64,000 nucleotides of DNA from Candidatus Latescibacterota bacterium (GTDB taxonomy: Bacteria; Latescibacterota; UBA2968; GCA-2709665), in NCBI GenBank assembly GCA_965248435.1, contig OZ252100.1, positions 1,216,001 through 1,280,000 on the forward strand, read 5' to 3'. Under the pieces are notes generated by a model. The model did no database searches, was not told where the DNA came from, and was given only the letters and a program-made list of their open reading frames with translations. This document shows, piece by piece, positions 49,837 through 58,815 of this stretch. Within the stretch, counting starts at the first letter, position 1. The number at the start of each line of letters is the position of its first letter. Made by a program: the position numbers and the translations under genes.

Positions 49837-50614
49837 AAGGAAGTTGGCTGGCAAGCTCAAATAGAACTTTCAAACTTCGTCTTCAAACACGTCTTTAGTC
49901 TTTCCCTTTCCAAGCAGATCCAGTTCCGCCGGCTCCCACCAACCCAGAAAGTTCAGGTGGTCCCAGTCCATCTCCTCATTGAACTTGAAGTGACTGCCCG
50001 AAGACCCGGTGTCAACCAGACCGTAGTTGTCACCATTATAGTCCTCTATAATCCTGTGGCTGGCCAGCAGTGGTCAGAATACATCACCCACTTTTTGTTT
50101 GCCCGAATACGTTTGATATAGGATATCAGCCATATTCTCATTTTCGAATTTTTCATATTCACTGTTTCTCCGGCGACAGACATCTGTCTTTAGGTCGTGC
50201 AGGCCTGTGAAATCAATGCCGAGATTCTTCAGAATCGGAAGCAAGTTTTCAGAACGATTCTTCACTATCCAGTCCGCGAACGGCGTCCCCTTGTGTGGTG
50301 CCACAAGTTGTCAGCGATGCGACCCTGTCAGCGATCCCGTCTTTGACCATTGCCTTTCTGGCATGCAGGCCACCCATACTATGGGCTAGAATATTCACCT
50401 TGGGGTCACCAGTATCGCGCAAGAGTTGCAAAACCTTGTCAGCCAGCTCAGATCCTCGTTTACAAACTGAGCCTGCCCAGTTCACATTGGATTCGTAGAT
50501 GATAAATCCTTTCGACCTTAGAAATCCCGGGATGAAGTTCCAATACTTCTTCTCATCTTTCACCAGGACGTCAAACCGTGCGAAGCCATGAGCCAACAGA
50601 ATAGGATGGTGCAT
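49837..50614 (-). pseudogene. Alpha/beta-hydrolase lipase, multiply disrupted
   Basis: ILLAHG, AHSMGGL; TT..TPHKGT is split by a frameshift; further stops and frameshift; NYGLV in place of NDGLV; WDHLN. Confidence 0.85.
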
Positions 50615-50840
50615 TCGGTCTCACCTTTATTGAAGTTGGAAGATACGTCTTACCATCAGAACCGAATAGGTCTCTCAGTCTAGCCTTCCGTATGTCTCGC
50701 CCCAGTCTTCATCACAACGTCTCACTTTGCCTGACCCCGTACCCCAAACAGTCCAGCGCGACGAGCGTCAGGAATCACATCGGTGGGCTCCTTTTGAAGC
50801 TGTAGTGCTAACGCCAGACCAGAAGGCGGGGGTCCCATAG

Positions 50841-52001
50841 TCACCCCACCCCATGCCAGCTGTCCATAACAGTCCGATTCTTATACCCGTCCGCGATTTG
50901 AAATTGTAGATCCTTGCCGAATGTCTTCCAATTATCTGTTTTCGTTGGTTTCTTGCTGATAGGTGGATTTTGTGGCCCGCTCCATCCTTTGAATTTCGAG
51001 GCGTCTCCCCACAGGCCCTTATATTTGAGCCACGGTTGTTTGTTCACTAGCTCTGGTGAACTCCACTTGTGAAACCTGAGATTTGTTGTATTTACGTTGG
51101 CCGACTGAAGTTCCGCTCCGATATTATTTGTATTGACGCCACCGGGGACGATACAAGTCCCACCCAGCTGTCTCTCATCTGTCGTGATCAGAATATCCTC
51201 TCGGGAAACGATGCCAGGCAGGTCGATACCGTGTAGTGTGAATCCCGGTGTGGGGTATCCTCCGTGGCCTCGCAGGGAAACAAAAACATACGGATGATCT
51301 CCACGCACGAAGACTTCACCTAGCTCCTTCTTCTTTAGATTGTTCCAGCCGTCCAGCCAGGTCACCACGGTTTGGCTGCCAGAAGGGTCAGGCCACCTGG
51401 ATACCCATTTGGCGTGATGCATGTGAGTCGTCACATACTTTCGACCACTGTTTCTGTTTATATATATCTTCACCATGCTGTCCCAGTCGCTCTGGTGCAT
51501 GTTCCACGCATCATTGAAGATGAAATAAAAAAAGTATTCGATTAGATAGTATGGGCCGAAAACGTCCTTGTCGTTCTGCCGGAAGAAACGGCTAAACACT
51601 TGAGAAGTATCCCCAGGAAAACAGGTGAACTCCGAAACCCTGGCATAGTACTTGGGTAACGTACGATTAAACATGGAGCCGTTTATGGAGATGCTTGAAA
51701 GCGAATAGTGGTACTTGCTGCGGCCCAAATTCCCCACTCCTCTTGGGCCTAATTCTTTAACCTTCTCATCCAAGTGGAAGTCTCTGAATCTCAGGAGGGT
51801 CTTGTCAGAGTTCTTAACGTCGCCAAGATCATCAATCTTCTGCGGCTGTTTGGGAGCTATCTTACCTCCCCTTTTCCCTGTACAAAGATCAGAGATCTTC
51901 ACGACGATTTTACAATCTTCTGGAAGGAAGGCTTCTTCTTCGTGAAGCCAGAGAATTGGCGTGTGCTTTTTTGTCAGTGCTAGCTTTTCTGCATCTGTCA
52001 T
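50841..52001 (-). CDS. Vps62/NPP1-like hypothetical protein
   Basis: PILWLHEEEAFLP, EYFFYFIFND...HQSDWD, HPYVFVSLRGHGGY, PWLKYKGLWG...GPQNP. Confidence 0.65.
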   Translation of the reverse strand: MTDAEKLALTKKHTPILWLHEEEAFLPEDCKIVVKISDLCTGKRGGKIAPKQPQKIDDLGDVKNSDKTLLRFRDFHLDEKVKELGPRGVGNLGRSKYHYSLSSISINGSMFNRTLPKYYARVSEFTCFPGDTSQVFSRFFRQNDKDVFGPYYLIEYFFYFIFNDAWNMHQSDWDSMVKIYINRNSGRKYVTTHMHHAKWVSRWPDPSGSQTVVTWLDGWNNLKKKELGEVFVRGDHPYVFVSLRGHGGYPTPGFTLHGIDLPGIVSREDILITTDERQLGGTCIVPGGVNTNNIGAELQSANVNTTNLRFHKWSSPELVNKQPWLKYKGLWGDASKFKGWSGPQNPPISKKPTKTDNWKTFGKDLQFQIADGYKNRTVMDSWHGVG

Positions 52002-52072
52002 GAATTAATCCTCCACACTGAAAATTTCGAGTTCGACGTAAGGTAGTAGAAGCACCTGACCATTTACGCTAC

Positions 52073-55000
52073 TCATCCATTTGTCTCATCCAGATGTTCC
52101 AGGTTATGAGGATAAACATCCTTCCACGCATTCTTCCCGTAAATGCAGTCGATGTGTCCATATTTCGGAATCACGAACCGCTTATAGAGTTCTTTGCCAT
52201 TCCTTTCGCGCAGCAGGTTATACGTAATCTCCGTACTCTCCGGCAAGAAGCACTCGTTCTCGCCGCCCGAAATGAACGCGATCGGTATGGCCATGCGCTC
52301 CAAATGAGGGAGATAGCTTTCCTCACCCTGGAAGTTGACAACGTGCCCCTTTCGAGACATCAACGCCAGATGCTCGAACGAAGTGATGTTTGCCACGCCG
52401 AACATCTCGTGCAGGTTCTCGTGAGTCTGGTTATTTAGCTGATCGTGCTCATACAGCTGTCCGTAGAGGAAGGTGATACGATGACAGACCGGGTTGTTGC
52501 ATTGCTCCTCCAGCTGAGTCGGAAGAACTCGAATCGCATCATCGAAAAATTTGTCCAACCAGTTCGAATCTTCATCAACGTAGGCAGTGAGAGAGTCTAT
52601 CCCCAATTTGTCGAGGAACGTAGGTACGTGCAGCCCGGTCTTCAACTTGGTCAAGAAGGGCACCTTCATGTGGGTCGAAACCTGAGAGCAGACCGCGGAT
52701 CTCACCCCATCGAGCCATCCACCCAGCATAGACATGGTCCAGGAAGTGGAGCCGAAGCAGTGCACGACCATCTGAACGGTTTCTGCACCGGTGATTTTGC
52801 GCACTTTGTCAATCGCCGCCGGATAGTCATACCTCGCGATCTCATCCGCGCTGAACTGTGTTTTCGACGCAGGCAGCTCTATGCTGGCACGATAGTCGAG
52901 CAGCCAGACATCGTACCTGTGTACGAAAAGATACTCCAGTAAGTTGGTGTCGAACGTATCCATAGAAAAGATCCGGCTCGACACACCCAGACCGTGTGAA
53001 AGGATAACGGGACCTTTGGGACCGCCTTTGTAGCGCGTCAGGCGCAGTTCAAGATCATCCAGGGTCTTGAAATCGTGGACCTCCGGAGGAGAAACGCGCA
53101 GCGGGCGCCTTTTTCTCGGTGGTGCCTCGGGATCGAAGTATTTCTGGCCTGCGAACAGGCCGCCGTAGGTGTCGAAAAGTGCGCCCGCGAACAGCGCTCC
53201 GAACTTTGTCGTATATTCCAGGCGCTCCGTCGCACTCTCGGCGTTGAGCACCTTCATCGTCGTCATCTGCTTCATAAAGTCGGTCGGCCGAATGATCAGC
53301 ATTCCCTTGCCCAGGACTGCGGCGTTCTTATCTTCTCCGTCGTGTACGGTTATATACAGCGTCGTCGTATCGCTCCACAAATCAAGGCCCGGATCATCCC
53401 TGATCACCTTGAAACCCTCAAAATAGTAGACCCTTCCTTCCTCAGAACTCAATCTCATTCGGTAACGCATACGCTTGGTATCGACGTCTTCAGGATACGT
53501 TACGAACAGGTTGAATATTCCTTCTGTCACGGTAAGCGGTTCGTTTGAAAGCGCCGGCGCCTCAACCGTGCCGACCATCCTCGCTTGATGCTGATCGCTT
53601 TCAATCATTTCATCTAGATCGTCTGAAATGATCGTCAGTATGAACTTGAACGTCGATCCAGCGTCTTTCCCGAGTTGATTGGCCTTTTTGTAGTTCTCTT
53701 TTTCCTGAGTAGAGAAATACCCCGTCATGGTTTCGGTGAACTGAATGCCTACTTTGGCTGGAGTTGGCGGCGGTGGAGGACCCGAGGGCAGGTCCGTGTT
53801 AAATGACCAACTCCGATCTTTTGCCATCAGGGCCACATTACGCTCGGCAATTGCAGAAATCGTCAGAAGCGGATTGGTGCCCAGTGAGGTAGGGATAACG
53901 GATCCATCGGAAACGTAAAGACCGTTGTGAATCTCACCGCCTGTGGTTGAGGCGAATACCTGGCCTTTGTGATTCACGGCGCTGCTCGATGCATCCTCAC
54001 CCATAATACATCCACCCAAAGGATGAACCGTGACCAAATCGTGACCCATAAAAGTTGTCTGAGTCGGATTGGGCAGATAGGTCCCGCCCAATGCCTTCGT
54101 TACCTGCTTGAGGCGTTCCCTTACCTTTTGAAAACTTTCCTCCTTCCCTACTCCTGGCCAGTTTATCCTTATCCGGTCGTCTTTCAGATCCATCTCGCCG
54201 CTCCCACTGTCGTGCGTCATCACAAGATAGGTTTGCGTATGATCCAACGCGCCCCTGTAGGCGCCCAAAACAAGGCTTTCCAGTTCTCTCTTTTTCTCTT
54301 TCACATAGTCCACGAACCCTTCGTCTGTGTCCTGGCCAATGAGTTTAGAAAGCGTCGAAAACGCGACCGGTAGGCCGGAAGACAGCGCCCCCGGGATGGC
54401 GCCCTCCTCGATCGACATACCGTCCTCATAGTTTGGCGCGGACTTGCGCGTGTCAATGATCCCTGTAATCGTAGGGCCAACGGGATTTTCGTGGTCAGGC
54501 TTCCGAGCGCCCCAGCCCACACCGTTTATTTCCTGATCGGTATTGTAACCGAAAGCCAGCACGTCCCCGTTTCCGGTAAACCGCTTGCCCACCATGTCCG
54601 AAAGTGCAAGGCCGTCTTGCCTGGAGCGGAGAAGGATCTCGGTGGTCCCCAACGTCCCCGCCGCCAAAACCACGATATCTGCACTCACAAACGAGGTGGG
54701 TGCGTCGAATTTGTGTCGGTCAGCGCCAACGAATTCATAATGCACCAGCCACTTTTCATCGTTCTTTTCAACAAATCGAACGCTGACCTCCGTGAATATC
54801 ACCGCGCCGTGACTCCTGGCATCCGGCAAATAATTCATCTGTACGGTGTTCTTGGAGGTGTGGTTGCATCCAGAGAAACAATCGCCACATCGAACGCAGG
54901 GGGTCTGCTTCACCCCGACATGATTCTTGTCATTTTCGTACGGCTGAAAAGTTACCGCAATATCCGGTCGGTAGAAGTCCTCGCCGATATACTTTGCAGA

Positions 55001-55498
55001 TTTTTCAAGTGCCTTCAGCTTCTTCAGCGGGGGTGAGTCTTCGGTCTCTGGATAGGGGCTAGGCTTCAGCATCTCTCTTGCGCGCTCGTAACCCTCCTTT
55101 ACGCCGCCGTCGAGATCGTCAACCAGCTCGTTCGGCCACGAAGCGTGCTCAAAAACACGAGGTTCAGCTTCGATCACAACATTTGCGTTGATCAGAGACG
55201 TACCTCCAAGCCCGCAACCTACGAGCACATTGATATCGTCATTGATGTGCAAATCGAACAGTCCGGTCCTGGAGCCGATATGACCCGAGGATGTATTGGC
55301 CTGCATCTCCTCAGTTGCCTCGGGCAGCGTATCTGGAAATTCGCCCGGCAGGAACTCTTTACCACGCTCCAAGACGCAGACCTGCTGCCCCGCTCGCGCC
55401 AGGCGGGATGCAGTGATGCCACCACCATATCCGGAGCCAACGACGACAACCGTGTAATGGTCTTTGATCTCTTCGATACGAGACGATAGTCGTAGCAT
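52073..55498 (-). CDS. GMC-family (cholesterol-oxidase-like) oxidoreductase fused to an alpha/beta hydrolase
   Basis: VVGSGYGG, LERG, GCGLGGTSLINA, C..C..C..GC, TVHPLGGC, VSDGS...GTNP; C-terminal ILSHG, VHCFGS, YGHID. Confidence 0.92.
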   Translation of the reverse strand: MLRLSSRIEEIKDHYTVVVVGSGYGGGITASRLARAGQQVCVLERGKEFLPGEFPDTLPEATEEMQANTSSGHIGSRTGLFDLHINDDINVLVGCGLGGTSLINANVVIEAEPRVFEHASWPNELVDDLDGGVKEGYERAREMLKPSPYPETEDSPPLKKLKALEKSAKYIGEDFYRPDIAVTFQPYENDKNHVGVKQTPCVRCGDCFSGCNHTSKNTVQMNYLPDARSHGAVIFTEVSVRFVEKNDEKWLVHYEFVGADRHKFDAPTSFVSADIVVLAAGTLGTTEILLRSRQDGLALSDMVGKRFTGNGDVLAFGYNTDQEINGVGWGARKPDHENPVGPTITGIIDTRKSAPNYEDGMSIEEGAIPGALSSGLPVAFSTLSKLIGQDTDEGFVDYVKEKKRELESLVLGAYRGALDHTQTYLVMTHDSGSGEMDLKDDRIRINWPGVGKEESFQKVRERLKQVTKALGGTYLPNPTQTTFMGHDLVTVHPLGGCIMGEDASSSAVNHKGQVFASTTGGEIHNGLYVSDGSVIPTSLGTNPLLTISAIAERNVALMAKDRSWSFNTDLPSGPPPPPTPAKVGIQFTETMTGYFSTQEKENYKKANQLGKDAGSTFKFILTIISDDLDEMIESDQHQARMVGTVEAPALSNEPLTVTEGIFNLFVTYPEDVDTKRMRYRMRLSSEEGRVYYFEGFKVIRDDPGLDLWSDTTTLYITVHDGEDKNAAVLGKGMLIIRPTDFMKQMTTMKVLNAESATERLEYTTKFGALFAGALFDTYGGLFAGQKYFDPEAPPRKRRPLRVSPPEVHDFKTLDDLELRLTRYKGGPKGPVILSHGLGVSSRIFSMDTFDTNLLEYLFVHRYDVWLLDYRASIELPASKTQFSADEIARYDYPAAIDKVRKITGAETVQMVVHCFGSTSWTMSMLGGWLDGVRSAVCSQVSTHMKVPFLTKLKTGLHVPTFLDKLGIDSLTAYVDEDSNWLDKFFDDAIRVLPTQLEEQCNNPVCHRITFLYGQLYEHDQLNNQTHENLHEMFGVANITSFEHLALMSRKGHVVNFQGEESYLPHLERMAIPIAFISGGENECFLPESTEITYNLLRERNGKELYKRFVIPKYGHIDCIYGKNAWKDVYPHNLEHLDETNG
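52078..52218 (-). repeat. 141-bp direct repeat (copy within the GMC gene)
   Basis: Matches 46522-46662. Confidence 0.95.
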
Positions 55499-55604
55499 GA
55501 TTTCACCTGTTTAGAAACGAGCAAGAAACCTTGGCGTATGAGGTACACTCATGCCCGATTGACGGCGCATCATCAAACCTACTTTTCGAACGCCCACAGA
55601 AGGT

Positions 55605-55880
55605 CTACGAGTCTGCAAGCTCTAAGGTTGATTCAAGGGGGGGTGTGTCGCGCTCTCTGGCGATCAGATCTCTGTCTTTATCTTTGACCTGGACGACAAT
55701 TTTGTGATTGTGCCTATCAATATTAACTTGAGAGAAATTGTCCTCTTGCGTGAAGTTGTACGCACAGTAATCCATGGCAACGCCGCCGTCTAACGCAAAG
55801 CTGTCTCCCCCTTTCTTGGAATCATGGACATAATTCGAAGGCTCGCCATCGGCGAAGGGGAAGGGCCAGAACAATTCCGT
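55605..55880 (-). pseudogene. C-terminal remnant of a probable PhoD-like protein
   Basis: FWPFPFADGEPSNYVHDS...MDYCAYNFTQEDNF; no N-terminal part present. Confidence 0.5.
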
Positions 55881-55922
55881 CGTGCAAAACGCGTGTAAAC
55901 CCTCCCTCTCTTCGCAACGGGC

Positions 55923-57593
55923 TCAAAGAAGCTGCCGCTTTCTGAGGTTGCCCTGAACTTTACTGGCGGCAAAGCGAGCAACAAGGGTCGAGAGAAGGAG
56001 CACAAGTGGGGTTAGTAGCATCGTCTTCGTAATCCCGATCGTCTGAACGCCAAGCTTGGGCAGCAGCCGAAGGGCCCTTCGATACACATGAAGCTGAAGC
56101 CGTGCAAGCGCCCATCTGCTGTAGCGAGGCCACTCGCGAAGCTTCTGTTCCTGGCTTGCTTTACCTATGAGAGGAATAATTCGGCGGAAGGGCGTCCCGT
56201 CTTTTTCGAAGCTGTGAGCTTCATCCAATTCGTCGGAATTCCTCGAGTCGTTCCACACCTTGAAAATCGGATTGCGGGCGTCTTTAGGAATGGCAAAATG
56301 TTGGTCCAGAAAGCGCTGGCAGTTCCGCCGTCCCAACTGGTAATCGTGCTCTCTGAAGGCTTTCGAAAGAAATCCGCCAAAGCCGCAGAGGCTTCCGCTG
56401 GCAATGGGGTATTGCTCGTCCTCCCGCTTCGGCGTGATGAGGAACCGGCTGTAGACGTCCTCCTCTTGTGCCAACTTGAGCTCGTCGAGTTTGAACACGG
56501 CCTGGTTGAGAAGCGAGTCTACGAGACCCTTGGCTGCGCTGACGATGTCAACCTTGGTTTCGGAATTCCACGAAAAGGGGTGGACGTCAGGAAACGGATC
56601 CACCATAATCACGGCACGTTTAGCCTTCTCAGGCTCCCGCGGGTTGGTGCCGTCTTTACCAGCCAGCGCCCGATGTGCAAAGCCGAAAGGTTCGTTGTTC
56701 AGAACACCGCCATCCATGGCCACGAATGGTAGCTCCCCACTAGCCGGGGGCTTCCCTTTGGGCCAATAGGGCGCGATCCTACGGTATTCGATAAAGTGTC
56801 GCCTCTTTCCTTTTTCCTTTGCCTTCGCCTCTTCCTTTTTCTCTTCCTTTTCTCGCCCTGGCATTCGCCAAGGGCGATCGTCATAGGCCTCCTTGTTTTT
56901 CGACAGAACCCGAGGTGCCAAGCCGAGTGGAAAGGCCCCAGTGGCAATAGTAGCCTTCTTGAGTGCGTGCCAATTCTTGTGATCGAGTTTGAACGGTTGG
57001 ATAACGACTGCGTCGGAGGGTGTTTCCTCAGCTGAGTTTGTCAAGATGAAATAAGTGTAGTCGGCGTGCAGCGACATGCCGTGACCAGGTTCCTCACTCC
57101 CTGCGAAGGGGACGTTGTAGGGTATGCCACGTACATTTGTGACTGTAAGGTAAATGTGCAGAGGATCTGACACCCAGGGAGGGAAGGTCTTTACGTCAGA
57201 AAGTTCAAAGACTTCATCGGCAATCTCCTCAATTTTCGTGGAATCGAAGACCGATTTTGCTACAGCGTGCCTCCCGGCCAGGTCGCGGGATTGAAGCAGA
57301 TCGACGATGTCGATCTCCTCTACCCATTTCTTCCTTAGCTGGGACGTCTCGTGACCCCGTGCTGCGGCCATCATACCAGCTGCAATCCCGCCGCCAGATG
57401 AGCCCGAAAGCACACGGATTACGACACGATGGGGCGGGCAAAGGGGATTTTTGCACTTGCGAGCCTTTTCCCATTCGCTGAGCGCCTCAAGAAGAAAGTC
57501 AACTACGCCGGCTGTGTAGGCGCCTGCCGATATGGTCCCCGCCATCACCAACGCGATTTCGAACGTTGGGATATTCTCGTCAGATTGGGACAT
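55923..57593 (-). CDS. Patatin-like phospholipase
   Basis: MAGTISAGAYTAG, SGSSGGG, ATGAFP, MDGGVLNNEP, FGGFL...REHDYQLGRRNC. Confidence 0.9.
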   Translation of the reverse strand: MSQSDENIPTFEIALVMAGTISAGAYTAGVVDFLLEALSEWEKARKCKNPLCPPHRVVIRVLSGSSGGGIAAGMMAAARGHETSQLRKKWVEEIDIVDLLQSRDLAGRHAVAKSVFDSTKIEEIADEVFELSDVKTFPPWVSDPLHIYLTVTNVRGIPYNVPFAGSEEPGHGMSLHADYTYFILTNSAEETPSDAVVIQPFKLDHKNWHALKKATIATGAFPLGLAPRVLSKNKEAYDDRPWRMPGREKEEKKEEAKAKEKGKRRHFIEYRRIAPYWPKGKPPASGELPFVAMDGGVLNNEPFGFAHRALAGKDGTNPREPEKAKRAVIMVDPFPDVHPFSWNSETKVDIVSAAKGLVDSLLNQAVFKLDELKLAQEEDVYSRFLITPKREDEQYPIASGSLCGFGGFLSKAFREHDYQLGRRNCQRFLDQHFAIPKDARNPIFKVWNDSRNSDELDEAHSFEKDGTPFRRIIPLIGKASQEQKLREWPRYSRWALARLQLHVYRRALRLLPKLGVQTIGITKTMLLTPLVLLLSTLVARFAASKVQGNLRKRQLL

Positions 57594-57658
57594 CAGGAAG
57601 TCTCCAGGTTTCAGCTGTCAAGCCCAGCAGACCATCAACAGTGTCTGTCTCTCCCCAT

Positions 57659-57855
57659 AAACAGAAAAACCCAGACAACCATCCCCTCGACTTCAGGGAC
57701 GCATCTGGGTTTCATCATAAGACTTACTACATTGGGCGGCAGTCTCTCTCCCCCGACAGACTACGCTCAACACATTTACCGCCGAAATCCACAAGAATTC
57801 TGGATTCCTTTGACGCCGCCGGGTGCAATTTGCGACCGTTTCTCTGCATTGTCAA
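57659..57855 (-). promoter_or_regulatory. Promoter (TTGACA-17-CAAATT) and multi-hairpin leader with terminator ahead of the lipid cluster
   Basis: Long hairpin with loop GTCGGGGGAGAG (57730-57772); terminator AAACCCAGA...TCTGGGTTT-TTCTGTTT. Confidence 0.55.
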
Positions 57856-58004
57856 GCGTTTTCGAGTGCATTCGTTTCGCTCAGGCCCTGAATCAAGCTA
57901 TATTGAATTCACTCTAAGTTTGACTGGCCCACACCTAAACGCCGTTCACACAATTCCGGTTAGTGTGCCAGAGGTGCCAGAAACTGACAAATGGAAGGAA
58001 CCAG

Positions 58005-58334
58005 ATGCCGTTTGATGAAAAGCTCGCGGAACGCGTCTCTTCTTGCCTGAAAGGCAGGCGGGGGATCACGCAGAAGAAGATGTTCGGTGGGTTGTGTTAT
58101 CTCGTGAACGGCAACATGTGCTGCGGAGTGGAGAAGGACAGGCTGGTCGTTCGGGTAGGTCCGGAACAGTATGAGGACGCGCTGAGAAGGAAACACGTGA
58201 AACCGATGGACTTCACGGGCCGCCCACTGAAGGGCTTTGTTTACGTCACGGCGTCAGGGCTGAAGAGGAGTGATACCCTGAAGAAATGGGTGGATCTGGG
58301 CGTTGAGTTTGCGAAATCGTTGCCGAAGAAATAA
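58005..58334 (+). CDS. TfoX N-terminal domain protein
   Basis: QKKMFGGLCYLVNGNMCCGV...PMDFTGRPLKGFVYV...KSLPKK; SD AAGGA. Confidence 0.9.
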   Translation: MPFDEKLAERVSSCLKGRRGITQKKMFGGLCYLVNGNMCCGVEKDRLVVRVGPEQYEDALRRKHVKPMDFTGRPLKGFVYVTASGLKRSDTLKKWVDLGVEFAKSLPKK

Positions 58335-58341
58335 GTGATCA

Positions 58342-58372
58342 TCGTATCTCGTATCTCGTACCTCGTATCTCG
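58342..58372. repeat. Heptamer tandem repeat (TCGTATC) x4.4
   Basis: TCGTATC TCGTATC TCGTACC TCGTATC TCG. Confidence 0.85.
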
Positions 58373-58441
58373 ATGGCTCATAATTTAGAGCATTTTCGCT
58401 GCTATTTTGAAGAGCGTTGTCAATTTCGCACAAAATCGCTC

Positions 58442-58612
58442 GAGTCCGCCGCAGGCGGACTTTTTTTATGCCTCTCCAGCGCGGGAATTCATTCCCGCGC
58501 TGGGATCCTCATCATAAGGCCTGATACAGTCGTTGTAGGCCCTTCGCGAAACTCAAATCCCCCCTACCCCCTCCCTCGGCAAGCTCGGGACATGCTTTTC
58601 CAAAGGGGGGAG
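58442..58612. repeat. Cluster of short palindromes (REP-like or terminator)
   Basis: AGTCCGCC-GCA-GGCGGACT + T-tract; GCGGGAAT-TC-ATTCCCGC; AATCCCCC...GGGGGGAGATT. Confidence 0.55.
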
Positions 58613-58700
58613 ATTGCTTCTTGTCCATCACATTGTGAATGGTTTCCGTGTCCCTCCGTGATCCAGCTTCTTTGCGATCCACGAACCCCGGTCTTACACT

Positions 58701-58813
58701 CCCCGTGTTTCGATTTCCCGGTACCCGGTCCCCGTGTTTCGATTTCCCGGTACCCGGTCCCCGTGTTTTGATTTCCCGGTACCCGGTCCCCGTGTTTTGA
58801 TTTCCCGGTACCC
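58701..58813. repeat. 29-bp tandem repeat x3.9 with no spacers
   Basis: Unit CCCCGTGTTTYGATTTCCCGGTACCCGGT at 58701, 58730, 58759 and 58788. Confidence 0.95.
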
Positions 58814-58815
58814 TG

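Noticed and set aside
57730-57840. c-di-GMP-I or other known riboswitch
   Set aside because: It lacks the GGCAAAC/GAAA tetraloop/GACGCAAAG core; kept only as an unknown structured leader.
58701-58813. Possible CRISPR array (29-bp repeats)
   Set aside because: The repeats are directly adjacent with no spacers, and there are no cas genes in the window.
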